From the NCBI GenBank assembly GCA_963812015.1, contig CAWETI010000002.1, positions 864,001-928,000 on the forward strand: 64,000 nucleotides of DNA. Direction: 5' to 3'. Origin of the DNA: an uncultured delta proteobacterium (lineage in GTDB: Bacteria; Desulfobacterota; Desulfobaccia; Desulfobaccales; 0-14-0-80-60-11). Under the pieces are notes generated by a model. It was not told where the DNA came from. It saw nothing but the letters and a program-made list of their open reading frames with translations, and did no database searches. Positions 19,386 through 30,450 of the stretch are shown here, piece after piece; positions within the stretch are counted from its first letter, which is position 1, and each line of letters begins with the position of its first letter. The position numbers were made by a program, and so were the translations under genes.

Positions 19386-19459
19386 GGAAGCAATGGGCAG
19401 TGATCGGATGGCAAGGCCGGATGCGCTCTGAGCACCTGGGTGTTATTTTAATCAGCATC

Positions 19460-19480
19460 GTAGGGTGGGCATTGCCCACC
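19460..19480 (+). repeat. GTAG-type REP palindrome
   Basis: GTAG-GGTGGGCA-T-TGCCCACC perfect hairpin. Confidence 0.75.
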
Positions 19481-19589
19481 CTATTTTTTCTTTGAAAATT
19501 ACGGAAGTTCGGCTTTTCTAATAAGCCGGGTTGGGTGGGGGGTGAGGGGGGAGGGCAGGGAAGAAGTTCCTGACCTTCCCCCCTCATAC

Positions 19590-21740
19590 TTACTCTCCAT
19601 TTCCCTTCCCCTCCTCTTCCTCCTCCACCAGCAGCAGGTTGACGTGGCGGCGCCGGATGTCCACGTGAGCCACCTTGACCCTTACTTCATCTCCCAGGGC
19701 GAAGATGCGCCGGGTGCGGCGGCCGTAGAGGCGCATGTGTGATTCCTCGTAGCGGTAGTAGTCGTTGGGCAGGTCCACCAGGCGCACCAGGCCCTCGGCG
19801 AAGATCTCCTCCAATGAGACGAAAAAGCCGAAGGCGTTGACCCCGGTGATGCGGCCGGAAAACACGTCGCCCACCCGGTGGGCCAGGCAGCGCACCTGCA
19901 TCCGAGACAGCATCTCCCGCTCAGCATTGACCGAGGCCCGCTCCCGGCGGGTGAGATGCCCGGCCTGGGCCTCCAGGTCTTCCGGGTCCAGGGAAAAGGG
20001 CGGTTTGCGACCCGCCAGTCGAGCCAGGAGCTGCCGGTGAATCAGCAGATCGGGATAGCGCCGGATGGGGGAGGTGAAGTGAGTGTACCAGTCGGTGGCC
20101 AGGCCGTAATGGCCCAGATTCTCCCCGGCGTAGCGGGCCTGCTTCAAAGAGCGCAGGAGCATCAACTGCACCATAGGGGCCAGGGGGGTCTGGCGCACCT
20201 CGTCCAGAAACTCCCGGAGGACCCGGGGGTCCCGGTGGACCTCCTTGGGGAGATCAAACCCCAGGGTCTTGAGGTAGGTGCGAAAGGCGGCCAGCTTGGC
20301 GGGGTCGGGGCGCTCATGCACCCGGAAGAGCGAGGGCTCCCCCAGGAAGGTGGACACCGCCTCGTTGGCGGCGATCATGAACTCCTCGATGAGCTGGTGG
20401 GACACCAGGTGATCCACCCGGCGGATGTCCACCGGCCAGCCCCGGTCGTCCAGCACCACCTCGGCTTCCGGGATGCTCATCAAGAGGCTGCCCCGTTCCC
20501 CCCGGCGCTCCCGGAGGCGGTCGCAGAGATCCGTCATCTGGGTGAGCATCTTCACGACCGGCCGGTAGCGGCCCCGGAGCTGCCGATCTTTGGCGACCAG
20601 CAGGTCGTCCACCAGGCGGTAGGTGAGGCGGGCATGGTTGCGCACCACGCTCCGGGCGAAGGTGAAGTCTTTTAAGCGGCCCCGGCGGTCGAAGTTGAGT
20701 ATGGCGGTCACCGCCAGGCGGTCTTCCCCGGGGATGAGGCTGCAGACGTTGGTGGCCAGCTTTTCGGGCAGCATGTGCACCGCCCGCTGGGGGAAGTAAA
20801 CGCTGGTGCCCCTGAGATCGGCCTCTTTATCCAAAGGCGAGCCCGGAGTGACGTAGTAGCTCACGTCGGCGATGGACACGTAAAGGGTGAAGATCCCCCC
20901 GGGCTTTTTCTCCAAATAGACGCCGTCGTCGAAATCCCGGGCGGTTTCGCCGTCGATGGTTACCATGGGCAGATGCCGCAGGTCCATCCGGCCTTTGAGG
21001 GCCTTCTCCGACAGGTCCGGGGTGATGTTAGCCGCGGCCGCCAGGACCTCCGGCGGGAACTCGTCGGGCAGTTCGTACTTCAAGATCACCAGCCGGGCCT
21101 GGACTTCGGCGTCTTCCACGTCGCCCAGGACCTCGGTGACCACCCCCTGGGGATTGAGGTGGCCCGTGGGGTAGTGGGTCACCGCGGCCCGGACTATCTG
21201 GCCCGGGGTGGCGCCGTTCAGGTGCTCCGGGGCGATGACCAGGTTGAAGAGGAGGTGCTCGTCTTCGGGCGCCACAAAATAGGTGTCGCCGGCCTGGGAC
21301 AGGGTGCCCAGCACTTCCGTGAGCCGCCGGGAAAGAATCCGGATCACCCGGCCTTCCTGGCGTCGGCCCCGGCTGCCCTCGATCCGCACCACCACCTGGT
21401 CGCCGTGCCAGGCTTCTTTCAGGTTGGTGGCCACCAGATAGATGTCTCTACCGCCGGCCTCAGGGGTGACAAAGCCGAAGCCGTCGGGATGGACGGAGAG
21501 CTCTCCCGCCACCAGGTTCATCTTTTCGGCCAGGCCAACGCGGCCCCCTTTGAGGGAGACCAGCTGCCCCCGGGCCACCAACTGGTCCACCACCGCGGTT
21601 ACGGCCTCGGCCTGGGCCGGGTCGGCGTTAAGCAAGCGGAGCAGCTCCTCCATCAACAGCGGCCGGGCGGCCTCCTGAAAGGCTTTCAGGATGTGGTCTT
21701 CCTTGGCCCCCGGCCCCTTTTTGCGTCGTCTTCTCGTCAT
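19590..21740 (-). CDS. rnr: Ribonuclease R
   Basis: HPDGFGFV, TIDGETARDFDD, RGTSVYFP, YTHFTSPIRRYPDL and a C-terminal S1 domain. Confidence 0.95.
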   Translation of the reverse strand: MTRRRRKKGPGAKEDHILKAFQEAARPLLMEELLRLLNADPAQAEAVTAVVDQLVARGQLVSLKGGRVGLAEKMNLVAGELSVHPDGFGFVTPEAGGRDIYLVATNLKEAWHGDQVVVRIEGSRGRRQEGRVIRILSRRLTEVLGTLSQAGDTYFVAPEDEHLLFNLVIAPEHLNGATPGQIVRAAVTHYPTGHLNPQGVVTEVLGDVEDAEVQARLVILKYELPDEFPPEVLAAAANITPDLSEKALKGRMDLRHLPMVTIDGETARDFDDGVYLEKKPGGIFTLYVSIADVSYYVTPGSPLDKEADLRGTSVYFPQRAVHMLPEKLATNVCSLIPGEDRLAVTAILNFDRRGRLKDFTFARSVVRNHARLTYRLVDDLLVAKDRQLRGRYRPVVKMLTQMTDLCDRLRERRGERGSLLMSIPEAEVVLDDRGWPVDIRRVDHLVSHQLIEEFMIAANEAVSTFLGEPSLFRVHERPDPAKLAAFRTYLKTLGFDLPKEVHRDPRVLREFLDEVRQTPLAPMVQLMLLRSLKQARYAGENLGHYGLATDWYTHFTSPIRRYPDLLIHRQLLARLAGRKPPFSLDPEDLEAQAGHLTRRERASVNAEREMLSRMQVRCLAHRVGDVFSGRITGVNAFGFFVSLEEIFAEGLVRLVDLPNDYYRYEESHMRLYGRRTRRIFALGDEVRVKVAHVDIRRRHVNLLLVEEEEEGKGNGE

Positions 21741-22192
21741 CTTTGCCTCGCAACTTGGGCCTCAAAGGAGTTGAGGTGGTGCCGCCTTTGCCGCCGCGTT
21801 AGTTTAAATATAGATATTATCAGACAATCTTCCTAATATCAATAGGTTAAACAATAAAGACCTAAAACCGCCACCTTGGGCTTGCATGCCGATCAAGATA
21901 ATAACTGGGGCCGCCTTTGTCACCAAGGCCCGGGGAATGATGTGCTTCAGGCCGGTTCAGCGGCTCACCAGCAACTTTATCCAGGGTTCAGGGATAGCGC
22001 ACGAGCCAGGCCAGGGTAACCAGCAGCCGGCTTATTTCGTTGGCGAATTCGCTCATGGCCGCGCCGCGCCGATGGGCGTCCCCACCGGCCCGGAAGCGAT
22101 GGCGCCGGATTTAGGTTTGTGCTTCGGTGAACAATCTTATATAATTTTTTGGGTATATAAGCCAAATTTCGTGGAACAGGTGGAATCTGGGA

Positions 22193-23494
22193 GTGGCTAA
22201 TTTGCAGGTGGAATTACTCACTGAGCTCGCGCCGGCACGGCGGCGGGCGATCCTGTCTCGTTCCCAGGCAGACGTGAGCCAGGTCCTGGAAGTGGTGGCG
22301 CCCATTCTCGCCGCCCTGCGCCGGGACGGCGACGCCGAATCCCTACGGCAGCATGGGCAATTTAAAGCCGGGATCACCGCGGCGGACCTGGAAACCACCC
22401 CCGAAGAGATTGAGGCCGCCTACCGGGTCCTGGACCCCCAGGTCCTCACCGCACTCAAGACCGCGGCGGCCAATATTGAAAAATTTCATCGGGCCCAGTT
22501 GGACCGGGAGATGTGGGCCATGGAAGTGCAGCCCGGCATTTTGGCCGGGAGGCTGACTCGGCCCCTGGTGCGGGTGGGCTGCTATATTCCCGGCGGGCTG
22601 GCCTCATACCCTTCCAGCGCCTTGATGAACATCATCCCGGCCAAAGTGGCGGGGGTGGCCGAGATCGTGGCCGCCACGCCTCCGGGGCCCGAGATGGCGG
22701 TGAATCCCGCCACCTTGGTGGCGGCGCACCTGGCCGGGGCCCAGCGTCTGTTTAAGATCGGCGGCCCCTGGGCCGTCGGCTCCCTGGCCTACGGCACCGA
22801 ATTGGTGCCCCGGGTGGACAAGATCGTGGGGCCGGGCAACAAGTATGTCACCGCGGCCAAGCTCCTGGTGTTCGGCCAGGTGGACATCGACTCCCCCGCC
22901 GGCCCCAGCGAGGCCCTGATCCTGGCGGATGACACCGCCACCGCCCGGTTCGTGGCGGTGGACTTCCTCTCCCAGGTGGAACACGACCCCGAGGCCGCCG
23001 CGGTGTTGGTGACCCCGGACCCGGAGTTGGCCCGCCAGGTAGTCGAGATCATCGCCAGGGAGCTGCCTCACCTGCCCCGGCGGGAGATCATCGAGGCGGC
23101 CCTGGCCAAATACTCCGCGGTGCTCATCGCCTCGTCTTTGGATGAGGCCCTGGAGTTTGCCAACCTTTATGCCCCGGAGCATTTGCAAGTGGTCACCCGG
23201 GACCCCTTTGCCCTGTTGCCCCGCATCCGCCATGCCGGCTCCATCTTCCTGGGGCCGTATGCCCCGGTGCCGGTGGGCGACTACGCCTCGGGGACCAACC
23301 ACGTCCTCCCCACGGGAGGCTGCGCCCGGATGTTCTCGGGGCTCTCCGTGGATGATTTCATCAAGAAACCCACCTTCCAGCACTTCACCCGGGAGGCCCT
23401 CAGATCCCTGAAAGATACGGTCATCACCCTGGCCGAGCACGAGGGCCTGCTCCTCCACGCCCGGGCCGTGGCCGAAAGGTTTAGGGATGTCTGA
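22193..23494 (+). CDS. hisD: Histidinol dehydrogenase
   Basis: [47 protein letters not shown]. Confidence 0.95.
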   Translation: MANLQVELLTELAPARRRAILSRSQADVSQVLEVVAPILAALRRDGDAESLRQHGQFKAGITAADLETTPEEIEAAYRVLDPQVLTALKTAAANIEKFHRAQLDREMWAMEVQPGILAGRLTRPLVRVGCYIPGGLASYPSSALMNIIPAKVAGVAEIVAATPPGPEMAVNPATLVAAHLAGAQRLFKIGGPWAVGSLAYGTELVPRVDKIVGPGNKYVTAAKLLVFGQVDIDSPAGPSEALILADDTATARFVAVDFLSQVEHDPEAAAVLVTPDPELARQVVEIIARELPHLPRREIIEAALAKYSAVLIASSLDEALEFANLYAPEHLQVVTRDPFALLPRIRHAGSIFLGPYAPVPVGDYASGTNHVLPTGGCARMFSGLSVDDFIKKPTFQHFTREALRSLKDTVITLAEHEGLLLHARAVAERFRDV

Positions 23495-24685
23495 AGAGCG
23501 CGGGGAACATGGAAAAAGGCAGGAAGGCTGCCCATCCCCGTTCCCCCCGGCACCCCAGCTTCTTGCCGAACCGATAGTTGCGGAACCACAGACCGCCGGG
23601 TCTCACAAAGCCAGCGTCCAGCGGCTGGCCTGTATCGACGGCATGAGGGGCATGGCTATCCTCCTGGTTTTGTTCACCCACTTCATCCCTGGGGGCCTGC
23701 ATGAAAATTCCATCCATTCCATGCCTACCCGCCTCCTGGAACGGTTTTACGATTCCGGTGTGGAACTTTTCTGTCTGATCAGCGGCCTGGTATTGCTTCG
23801 GCCGTTTCTCCGGCGACTCAAGCCATTCAATCTGAAAAACTATGCGGCGCGCCGGGTAAAACGGCTGTGGCCGCCCTGCTTCTGGCCGCCCCCATGGTCT
23901 GGCTCACCACCACCTACCCCACCTATTTCAGTGCCTCGATGCCCTATACGGCATTCCGTTGGTCCGACTGGCTCTCTCAAATCTTTATGATCAACTGGGG
24001 TACCCCCATTTATAACCCAACCTGGTGGTTTCTTTCCATTGAGTTGGTCTTTTACGCCCTGGGTCCTCTGTTCGCCGTTCTGGCATATCGAAACGAGGTG
24101 AGCCAGGGCGCCATGTGGGTAATTTTGGCGCTCTCCTTTCTGATGGGCGAGTTGGCCTATCGCTTGTTACAAAACAATTTTCAGGGGCATCATTTAGCGT
24201 ACCAGGTAGTCTTGTTTGGCAGCTATATACCCTGCTATGTGGCCGGCATGGCGGTCGCCAAACTCGACCTGAATCGGGTGACGGGGTTGGCTCTGATGGC
24301 CACCGGACTGGGGATCATCGTCTTATGGAGCATCATACCGGTCTTTAACAGCCACCTGGGGCTTGCCTTGTTTTTCATGGGGCTGACTGCCCTGGCCCTG
24401 ATAGCCGGCACCCGGACGAATCGTTTCTTGGAGCGCTACCTGATGATCTGGGTGGGAGAGCGGTCCTATTCCCTTTTCCTACTGCACCACGGCGTCATGA
24501 TATTCATCGCCTATCTGGTATCCCTGGTTGCTCTGCAGAACAGCCTGGGCTATTATATGGGTTCCAGGGGTATCGGTTTCCCTCTGGGAATGTTGGCGTC
24601 GATGCTGTTATTTAGCCTGGTAGAGCGCCGTTTTGCCCGGGGCCTAGTCACCGGCAACGATTTTTTCCCCTGGTCTAAGCAATAG
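23487..24685 (+). pseudogene. Acyltransferase-3 family (OafA-like) membrane protein, frameshifted near 23870
   Basis: IDGMRGMAIL..H, GVELF..ISG, RR..RLWP in one frame; WFLSIEL.FY and GERSYSLFL.H in another frame. Confidence 0.8.
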
Positions 24686-24710
24686 AGGCTCAGGTGAGCA
24701 ATTCTAAAAT

Positions 24711-25550
24711 ATGGGCAAGGATCGGGTCATGATTCCAAGAGAGATTTCGACCGTTTCGTTACCGGTCGCGGAAATTGCCGACGTTCAGAACCACGTCAGT
24801 CCCCACACCATCGACATCGACAAGGTGGGAGTCAAGAACATCTCCTATCCCATCGTGGTGCTGGACAAGTTCAAAGGCACCCAGCACACCGTGGCCCGGA
24901 TCAACATGTACGTCAACCTGCCCCACCGCCACAAGGGCACCCACATGAGCCGCTTCATCGAGATCCTGAGCGAACACCGCCGGGATGTCAGCCTCAAGAA
25001 GATCGGGCCCATCCTGGAGGAGACCCGGCGCCGCCTCCACGCCCAGTCGGCCCATATCGAGGTGACCTTTCCCTATTTCATCGACAAAGAGGCGCCCGTC
25101 ACCAAGGCCCGGGGTTTGATGGAGTATATCTGCAACTTTAAGGGGGCCCTGGATGAGCAAGGGGTCCTGGACCTGGTGGTGGGGATCACCGTGCCCATCA
25201 CCACCCTGTGTCCCTGCTCCAAGGAAATCAGCCTGGTAGGGGCCCACAACCAGCGGGGCGAAGTGCGGGTCCAGGTGCGTTACAAGAAGTTCTTCTGGAT
25301 CGAAGACCTGATCCGCCTGGTGGAGGAGTCGGCGTCCTGCGAGGTCTATGCCTTGCTGAAACGCCAGGATGAGAAGTTCGTCACCGAGAAGGCCTACAGC
25401 AATCCCATGTTCGTCGAGGACGTGGTCCGGGAGATCGCCCACCGTCTGAGCCAGGATAATAACTTCAGCTGGTACGCGGTGGAGTCGGAAAACTTCGAGT
25501 CCATCCACAACCATTCGGCTTACGCCTACATCGAGTCCAAAAAACCGTGA
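24711..25550 (+). CDS. folE2: GTP cyclohydrolase I type 2
   Basis: DVQ..IDKVGVK, KGTHMSRF, TTLCPCSK, AHNQR, LKR.DEK, ESIHNH. Confidence 0.95.
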   Translation: MGKDRVMIPREISTVSLPVAEIADVQNHVSPHTIDIDKVGVKNISYPIVVLDKFKGTQHTVARINMYVNLPHRHKGTHMSRFIEILSEHRRDVSLKKIGPILEETRRRLHAQSAHIEVTFPYFIDKEAPVTKARGLMEYICNFKGALDEQGVLDLVVGITVPITTLCPCSKEISLVGAHNQRGEVRVQVRYKKFFWIEDLIRLVEESASCEVYALLKRQDEKFVTEKAYSNPMFVEDVVREIAHRLSQDNNFSWYAVESENFESIHNHSAYAYIESKKP

Positions 25551-25630
25551 GGCCGGCTCCGGTCTGGAGCAATCGCTTCCAGACCGCGCCCCGGCGGCGG
25601 CTTGCGGACCGGGGCTAGCCTACCGTTCCC

Positions 25631-26404
25631 TCAGCCCTCGGATTTTTTGGACTTTCTCGCCTTTTTGTCGGTTTTGCCCGCCGGCCCCTTTTTGGCTCCC
25701 ACCAGTTTTTCCTGGTCGGGGTGCGGCCCCAGCCACTCGACCTGCCCGGAATCGATGTCATAGAGGGCGCCCACCACGTTAGCCTGGCCGTCCCTGACCT
25801 TCTCCCGGATGAGGGGGCTCTGTCTCAACATATCTTCGATGGACTGCCAGACATTGCCGGTAATTGCAGCCTTGAGGATCACGTCCTTGGCGGCTCCGGC
25901 GTTGGCTTGCCGGGCTTTTTCCACTGCGGGTTGAATGGGTTCCACCAGGCTGGCGATGTTGGGGGGCAGCTTGGTGTCGTCCACGAGCGCGGTGACCGCG
26001 CCGCACTGGCTGTGCCCCAGGACCACCACCAGCGGCGTGGCCAGATGGTCCACGGCGTATTCGATGGAGCCGATTTCATCGGTGGCGGAGACGTTGCCGG
26101 CCACCCGGACCACAAAGAGATCGCCGATGCCCTGGTCGAAGATGATTTCCGGCGGCACCCGGGAGTCGGAGCAGGACAGGACCGTGGCCAGGGGATGCTG
26201 GCCCTGCGCGGCAGTCAGGGCCCGGCGCGCCCGGTCCTGACGGGGGTGTTGGAGTTTACCCTCGACGTAACGGGCATTGCCTTCCTTGAGGAGCCTCAGG
26301 GCTTCATCGGCGGATATCCCTGACGGCGCGCTGGTCGCCCCGGCGGGAACCACCAGAGCCGCGACCACTACCAGCATAAGCAACAACAAGTTGATTTTTT
26401 TCAT
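25631..26404 (-). CDS. Beta-class carbonic anhydrase with signal peptide
   Basis: CSDSRV, GDLFVVRVAGN and LGHSQCGAV Zn-ligand motifs; hydrophobic N-terminal signal. Confidence 0.92.
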   Translation of the reverse strand: MKKINLLLLMLVVVAALVVPAGATSAPSGISADEALRLLKEGNARYVEGKLQHPRQDRARRALTAAQGQHPLATVLSCSDSRVPPEIIFDQGIGDLFVVRVAGNVSATDEIGSIEYAVDHLATPLVVVLGHSQCGAVTALVDDTKLPPNIASLVEPIQPAVEKARQANAGAAKDVILKAAITGNVWQSIEDMLRQSPLIREKVRDGQANVVGALYDIDSGQVEWLGPHPDQEKLVGAKKGPAGKTDKKARKSKKSEG

Positions 26405-26547
26405 AAAAAGCTCCTCCAGGTTGATGCAGGCTTTCTCTCCGGAGCGCTAGGCTCAAACGCCGAGACAACTTGAGATTTCTGAAAAAGCCTGTTAAAGGGA
26501 AGGCCGGAATCGACCCACTGCGCCGCTAACCTTCCTGGCGGGGCCCG

Positions 26548-28995
26548 TTACTTGCCGCAGGACGGGCCCGAAGCCGCCGGCGCCGGGCTCTTGACGGGTC
26601 CTTCTTCCCCCCGCATGAGCACCCTGGCCAGTTCCATCATCTGCTTCAGTTTCTGGTCCACCTTGTAGTTTACTGTATCCGGTTCAAAAGTCCCGTCCGG
26701 GAGGCGTTTGCCGGCCGGCAGGCCGGTGAGCAGTTCCAGGGCTTCATCGGCGTGGCCCACGGCCCAGACGTGAAATTTGCCGGCTTTGACCGCGTCCACC
26801 ACTTCCTTCTTCAGCATCAATTCCGGGGCATTGGCCTTGGGGATGATGACGCCCTGCGTGCCGTCCAGGCCCCGGGCTTTGCAGACTTTATAAAAACCCT
26901 CGATTTTCCAGTTGACCCCGCCGATGGGTTGGGCCTCGCCCCGCTGGCTTACCGAACCGGTCATGGCGAGGTTCTGGGCCAGGGGGACCTCGGCCAGGGC
27001 GGACAGCAGGGTGCAGAGTTCCGCCAGGGAGGCGCTGTCGCCTTCCACCATGCCGTAGCTCTGCTCGAAGCAGAGGCTGGCCGACAGGGTCAGGGGTTTG
27101 TCCTGGGCAAAGCGGCTTTTCAAGTACCCGGCCAGGATGAGGACTCCCTTGTTGTGGATGTTGCCGGAGAGCTGGGACTCCCGGTCGATGGTCAGCACCC
27201 CGTCCTTACCCAGGCCGACAGTGGCGGTGATGCGGGAGGGCCGGCCGAAGGCATGGTCCCCCAGGGCGTACACCGACAGGCCATTTATCTGGCCCACCAC
27301 CTGGCCCTCGGTCTCGATGAAGAGCATCCCTTCATCGATGAACTCCTGGAGCTTTTCTTCCGGCAGGTCGGCCCGATAGGTTTTTTCGTCGATGGCCTTG
27401 TCCACGTCGGAGCCGAAGATCACTTCATGGGTGTTGGTCCGGGCCCAGTAATTGGCTTCTGTGAGGACATCCTGGACCTCTTTGAGTTGCAGGGTAAGCT
27501 TTTGCTGGTGCCCGGCCTGTTCCTGAGCATACTCCACCAGGCGGGCCATACCGGTCTTGTGGAGGGGCATGAGTTGCTTCTCCCGACAATAGCCCGCCAG
27601 GAGTTCGCAGAACTGCCGGAGGTGGTCGTCGGTCTTCCGCATCCGCCAGTCAAAATGCGCCTTGATTTTGAAGAACTTGTGGAAATCTTCGTCGTAGATA
27701 TAAAGCAGCTGGTAGATATAAGGGTCGCCCACCAGGATGATCTTGATGTTCAAGGGGATGGGCTGGGGCTGGAGGCTGCGGGTGGTGATCAGCCCGAACA
27801 TCTCCATGGGGTCCTCGATCTTGATCTCCCCGTTTTTCAGGCAGCGCTTCAGGGCTTCATACGAGAAGAACCAACGCAGCAGGTCCAGGGCCTCCAGGAC
27901 CAGATAGCCGCCGTTGGCCCGCTGCAAAGCTCCGGACCGGATCAGGGTGAAGTCGGTTACCAGGGCGCCGAACTGGGCCCGGCGTTCCACCGCGCCGAAC
28001 AGGTTGGGATAGGTGGGGTTGTTTTCCATGACCACCGGGGCGCCTCCGGTCTCGGAGTGATCCACGAAGACGTTCACCTGGTATTGCGTGAAAGACGGCT
28101 CCGGCATGGGGAACGGAAAGGGGCCCTGGGCGGCGGGCCGGCGCTTCAGGTCGTCGATATTTTTTAGGACGTCTTCCTGGACGTCTTTGAGGTAGTCCAA
28201 CACCGGGGGCAGGTCCTGGTATTTCTCCCGCAACTCCTCAATATGATGGCCCACCACGTAAAGGGCCACGTCCTGGTCGAGCTTTTTCTCCTGTTCCTGG
28301 AACTCCTTTTCCATCTTGCGGATCTTGCGGATAGCCTCGTTCATTTCGGTATGAAGCTGGGCCGACTTCTGGCGGAGGGCCTCCCGCTCTTCGTCGTTGA
28401 GGCCCTTGAGCTCATCTTCACTCAAAGGCTTGCCTTCCTTACCGGGGAAGATCATCAGCCCGGTGGAGGAAATGTTGAGGATAAAGCCTTCTTCCCCCGC
28501 CTTGGCGTCCAGTTCCTGGAGGATCTTGTTGCGTTCCTGGGTGAAGCCGTGCATCAGGCCTTCCCGACGGCCGGAGTAGTCTTCGCTTTCGAACACCTCG
28601 GGGACTTGTAACCGCAGACTGGAGATGAGTTCTTCCATATCGGCCTTCAGGACCCTGCCTTTGCCGGTGGGCAGGCTCAGGCACTGGGGCTTCTCCGGGT
28701 CCTTGAAATTGTGGACGTAGATATAGTCCGGCGGCGTGGGTTCTTTGGCGGCCAGCTCCTGGACGTAGGCCATGATGGTTTCGGTCTTCCCGGCCCGGGG
28801 CGGCCCGGCCACGAAGATGTTGTATTCCAGGTCCTTCACCCCCAGACCGAACTCCAGGGCGTGAACCGCCCGCTCCTGGGCCACCACCTTTTCCTTCAGG
28901 GGGCTGACGTCCAGGGTGGTTTCGAATCCCAAAGCGTCGGGGTCACAGACGGCGCGCAGGCTCTTGGGCTTCAGTTCCCAGCGGTTTGGCGACAT
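26548..28995 (-). CDS. Lon-like (AAA_32/S16) protease
   Basis: GPPRAGKT, ANGGYL, GQINGL and EQSYG.VEGDSAS..K dyad. Confidence 0.9.
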   Translation of the reverse strand: MSPNRWELKPKSLRAVCDPDALGFETTLDVSPLKEKVVAQERAVHALEFGLGVKDLEYNIFVAGPPRAGKTETIMAYVQELAAKEPTPPDYIYVHNFKDPEKPQCLSLPTGKGRVLKADMEELISSLRLQVPEVFESEDYSGRREGLMHGFTQERNKILQELDAKAGEEGFILNISSTGLMIFPGKEGKPLSEDELKGLNDEEREALRQKSAQLHTEMNEAIRKIRKMEKEFQEQEKKLDQDVALYVVGHHIEELREKYQDLPPVLDYLKDVQEDVLKNIDDLKRRPAAQGPFPFPMPEPSFTQYQVNVFVDHSETGGAPVVMENNPTYPNLFGAVERRAQFGALVTDFTLIRSGALQRANGGYLVLEALDLLRWFFSYEALKRCLKNGEIKIEDPMEMFGLITTRSLQPQPIPLNIKIILVGDPYIYQLLYIYDEDFHKFFKIKAHFDWRMRKTDDHLRQFCELLAGYCREKQLMPLHKTGMARLVEYAQEQAGHQQKLTLQLKEVQDVLTEANYWARTNTHEVIFGSDVDKAIDEKTYRADLPEEKLQEFIDEGMLFIETEGQVVGQINGLSVYALGDHAFGRPSRITATVGLGKDGVLTIDRESQLSGNIHNKGVLILAGYLKSRFAQDKPLTLSASLCFEQSYGMVEGDSASLAELCTLLSALAEVPLAQNLAMTGSVSQRGEAQPIGGVNWKIEGFYKVCKARGLDGTQGVIIPKANAPELMLKKEVVDAVKAGKFHVWAVGHADEALELLTGLPAGKRLPDGTFEPDTVNYKVDQKLKQMMELARVLMRGEEGPVKSPAPAASGPSCGK

Positions 28996-29050
28996 GCATC
29001 CTCCTCATCAAGATCATCAGGCGAACCGCCAGGAGTATCAAGCGGCCGCA

Positions 29051-29974
29051 TTATGGATTGCCGCCGCCCAGGCGGCGTAATGGACAGGCCTGGGGGTCAT
29101 GAAAATCCGGACCCTCGATCTGGATAGTGTTGTGCTCCAGACCGAACCGGTGGCGCAGCAGTTCTTCCAGTTCCCAGATGAGGCAGTCCCGGTTGCTGTG
29201 GTCGTCGATGGTCACGTGGACGCTCAAAGAGTAGAGTCCCGAGGCGATGGTCCAGATGTGCAGGTCATGCACCTCCTTCACCTGGGGATGGCCCTTAAGG
29301 GACTGCTCCACCTCATCCAAGGCGATATGCCGGGGGGTGGACTCCAGCAGAATCTCCGCCGCCTCCCACACCAGCTGCCAGCTGCTGATGACGATCATCA
29401 CCCCGACGATGATGCCGGCCAGGGGGTCGAACCAGTACCAGCCTTGCCACCAGATGGCCAGCCCGGCCACCACCGCGGCAAAGGAGGCAAAGGAGTCGGA
29501 CAGCAGATGGATGAACGCCGACCGCAGATTGATGTTGTGCTCCCGGGTGGGCAAAAGCACATACATCCCGAACAGGTTAACCAGCAGGCCCAGGCTGGCG
29601 ATGATGATCAGCGGGCTGCCGCTGATGGCCGGCGGCTGGAACAGCCGTTGTGCGGCCTCAAAAAAGATATACCCGGCCATCGCCCAGAGCACTAGCCCGT
29701 TGATCAGGGCCACCAGGATTTCCAGGCGGTGGTAGCCGAAGGTTTTTTGGGCGGTGGGGGGTCTGGCGGCCCACTTGAGGGCCAGGAGGCTCAGGCCCAG
29801 GGCGCCCACGTCGCTCAACATGTGCCCGGCGTCGGCCAACAGGGCGAGGCTGTTGGTGACAATGCCGCCCCCCAACTCCACCACGAAAAAAGCTAACTGG
29901 GTCCAAAAGGCTAGTTGCAGGCGCCGGCGGCTGCCCTCGAATCGGTGTAAGTGGACGGGCGCGACGTCGTTCAT
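29051..29974 (-). CDS. Cation diffusion facilitator (CzcD/ZitB-like)
   Basis: SLALLADAGHMLSD, TFGY.R.E, H..SD, VHDLHIW. Confidence 0.92.
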   Translation of the reverse strand: MNDVAPVHLHRFEGSRRRLQLAFWTQLAFFVVELGGGIVTNSLALLADAGHMLSDVGALGLSLLALKWAARPPTAQKTFGYHRLEILVALINGLVLWAMAGYIFFEAAQRLFQPPAISGSPLIIIASLGLLVNLFGMYVLLPTREHNINLRSAFIHLLSDSFASFAAVVAGLAIWWQGWYWFDPLAGIIVGVMIVISSWQLVWEAAEILLESTPRHIALDEVEQSLKGHPQVKEVHDLHIWTIASGLYSLSVHVTIDDHSNRDCLIWELEELLRHRFGLEHNTIQIEGPDFHDPQACPLRRLGGGNP

Positions 29975-30450
29975 ATCTGTTCCATGTGAATTTCCAGGAC
30001 CTGATAAGAGCCGATCCCCCGGGGGGTCTGCACTTGAATGCGGTCCCCCACGGCGCGGCCCAGGAGGGCCTTTCCCAAAGGCGAGGCCAGGGAGAGGTGA
30101 CCGGTTGCGGCGTCAGCCTCCAGGGGCCCCACCATCTTAAACTCCCGCTCCTGGCCGGTGTTCAGATTGACCACTCTGACCCGGGCGTTGAATCTTACCT
30201 TATTGGGAGACAGATTGCTCCCCACCAGGACCTCGGCGTTGGCCAGGGTCTGCTGCAACTGCCTGATGCGGCGTTCCAGCTTCCGGCGATGGGCCAGGGC
30301 GGAGTGGAAATCGGCATTTTTTTCCACCCTGCCTTCCTGGGCGGCCTCCAAAATTTCCTGAACGGCCTGGGGACGCTGCACCCGGCTGAGAAACTCCAGT
30401 TCCCGGATGAGCTTTTCATACCCGGCCCGGGTCAAGAGAATTTTTTCCAT
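29971..30450 (-). CDS. greA: Transcription elongation factor GreA/GreB family
   Basis: LT..GY.KL..EL, A..G...NA.F and S..SPLGKALLG motifs. The acidic tip is atypical (GRVEKNADF instead of GDLSENAEY). Confidence 0.8.
   Translation of the reverse strand: MEKILLTRAGYEKLIRELEFLSRVQRPQAVQEILEAAQEGRVEKNADFHSALAHRRKLERRIRQLQQTLANAEVLVGSNLSPNKVRFNARVRVVNLNTGQEREFKMVGPLEADAATGHLSLASPLGKALLGRAVGDRIQVQTPRGIGSYQVLEIHMEQI

Noticed and set aside
21741..22192. ORFs or ncRNA in the rnr-hisD spacer
   Set aside because: Short ORFs without motifs; no RNA family recognised.
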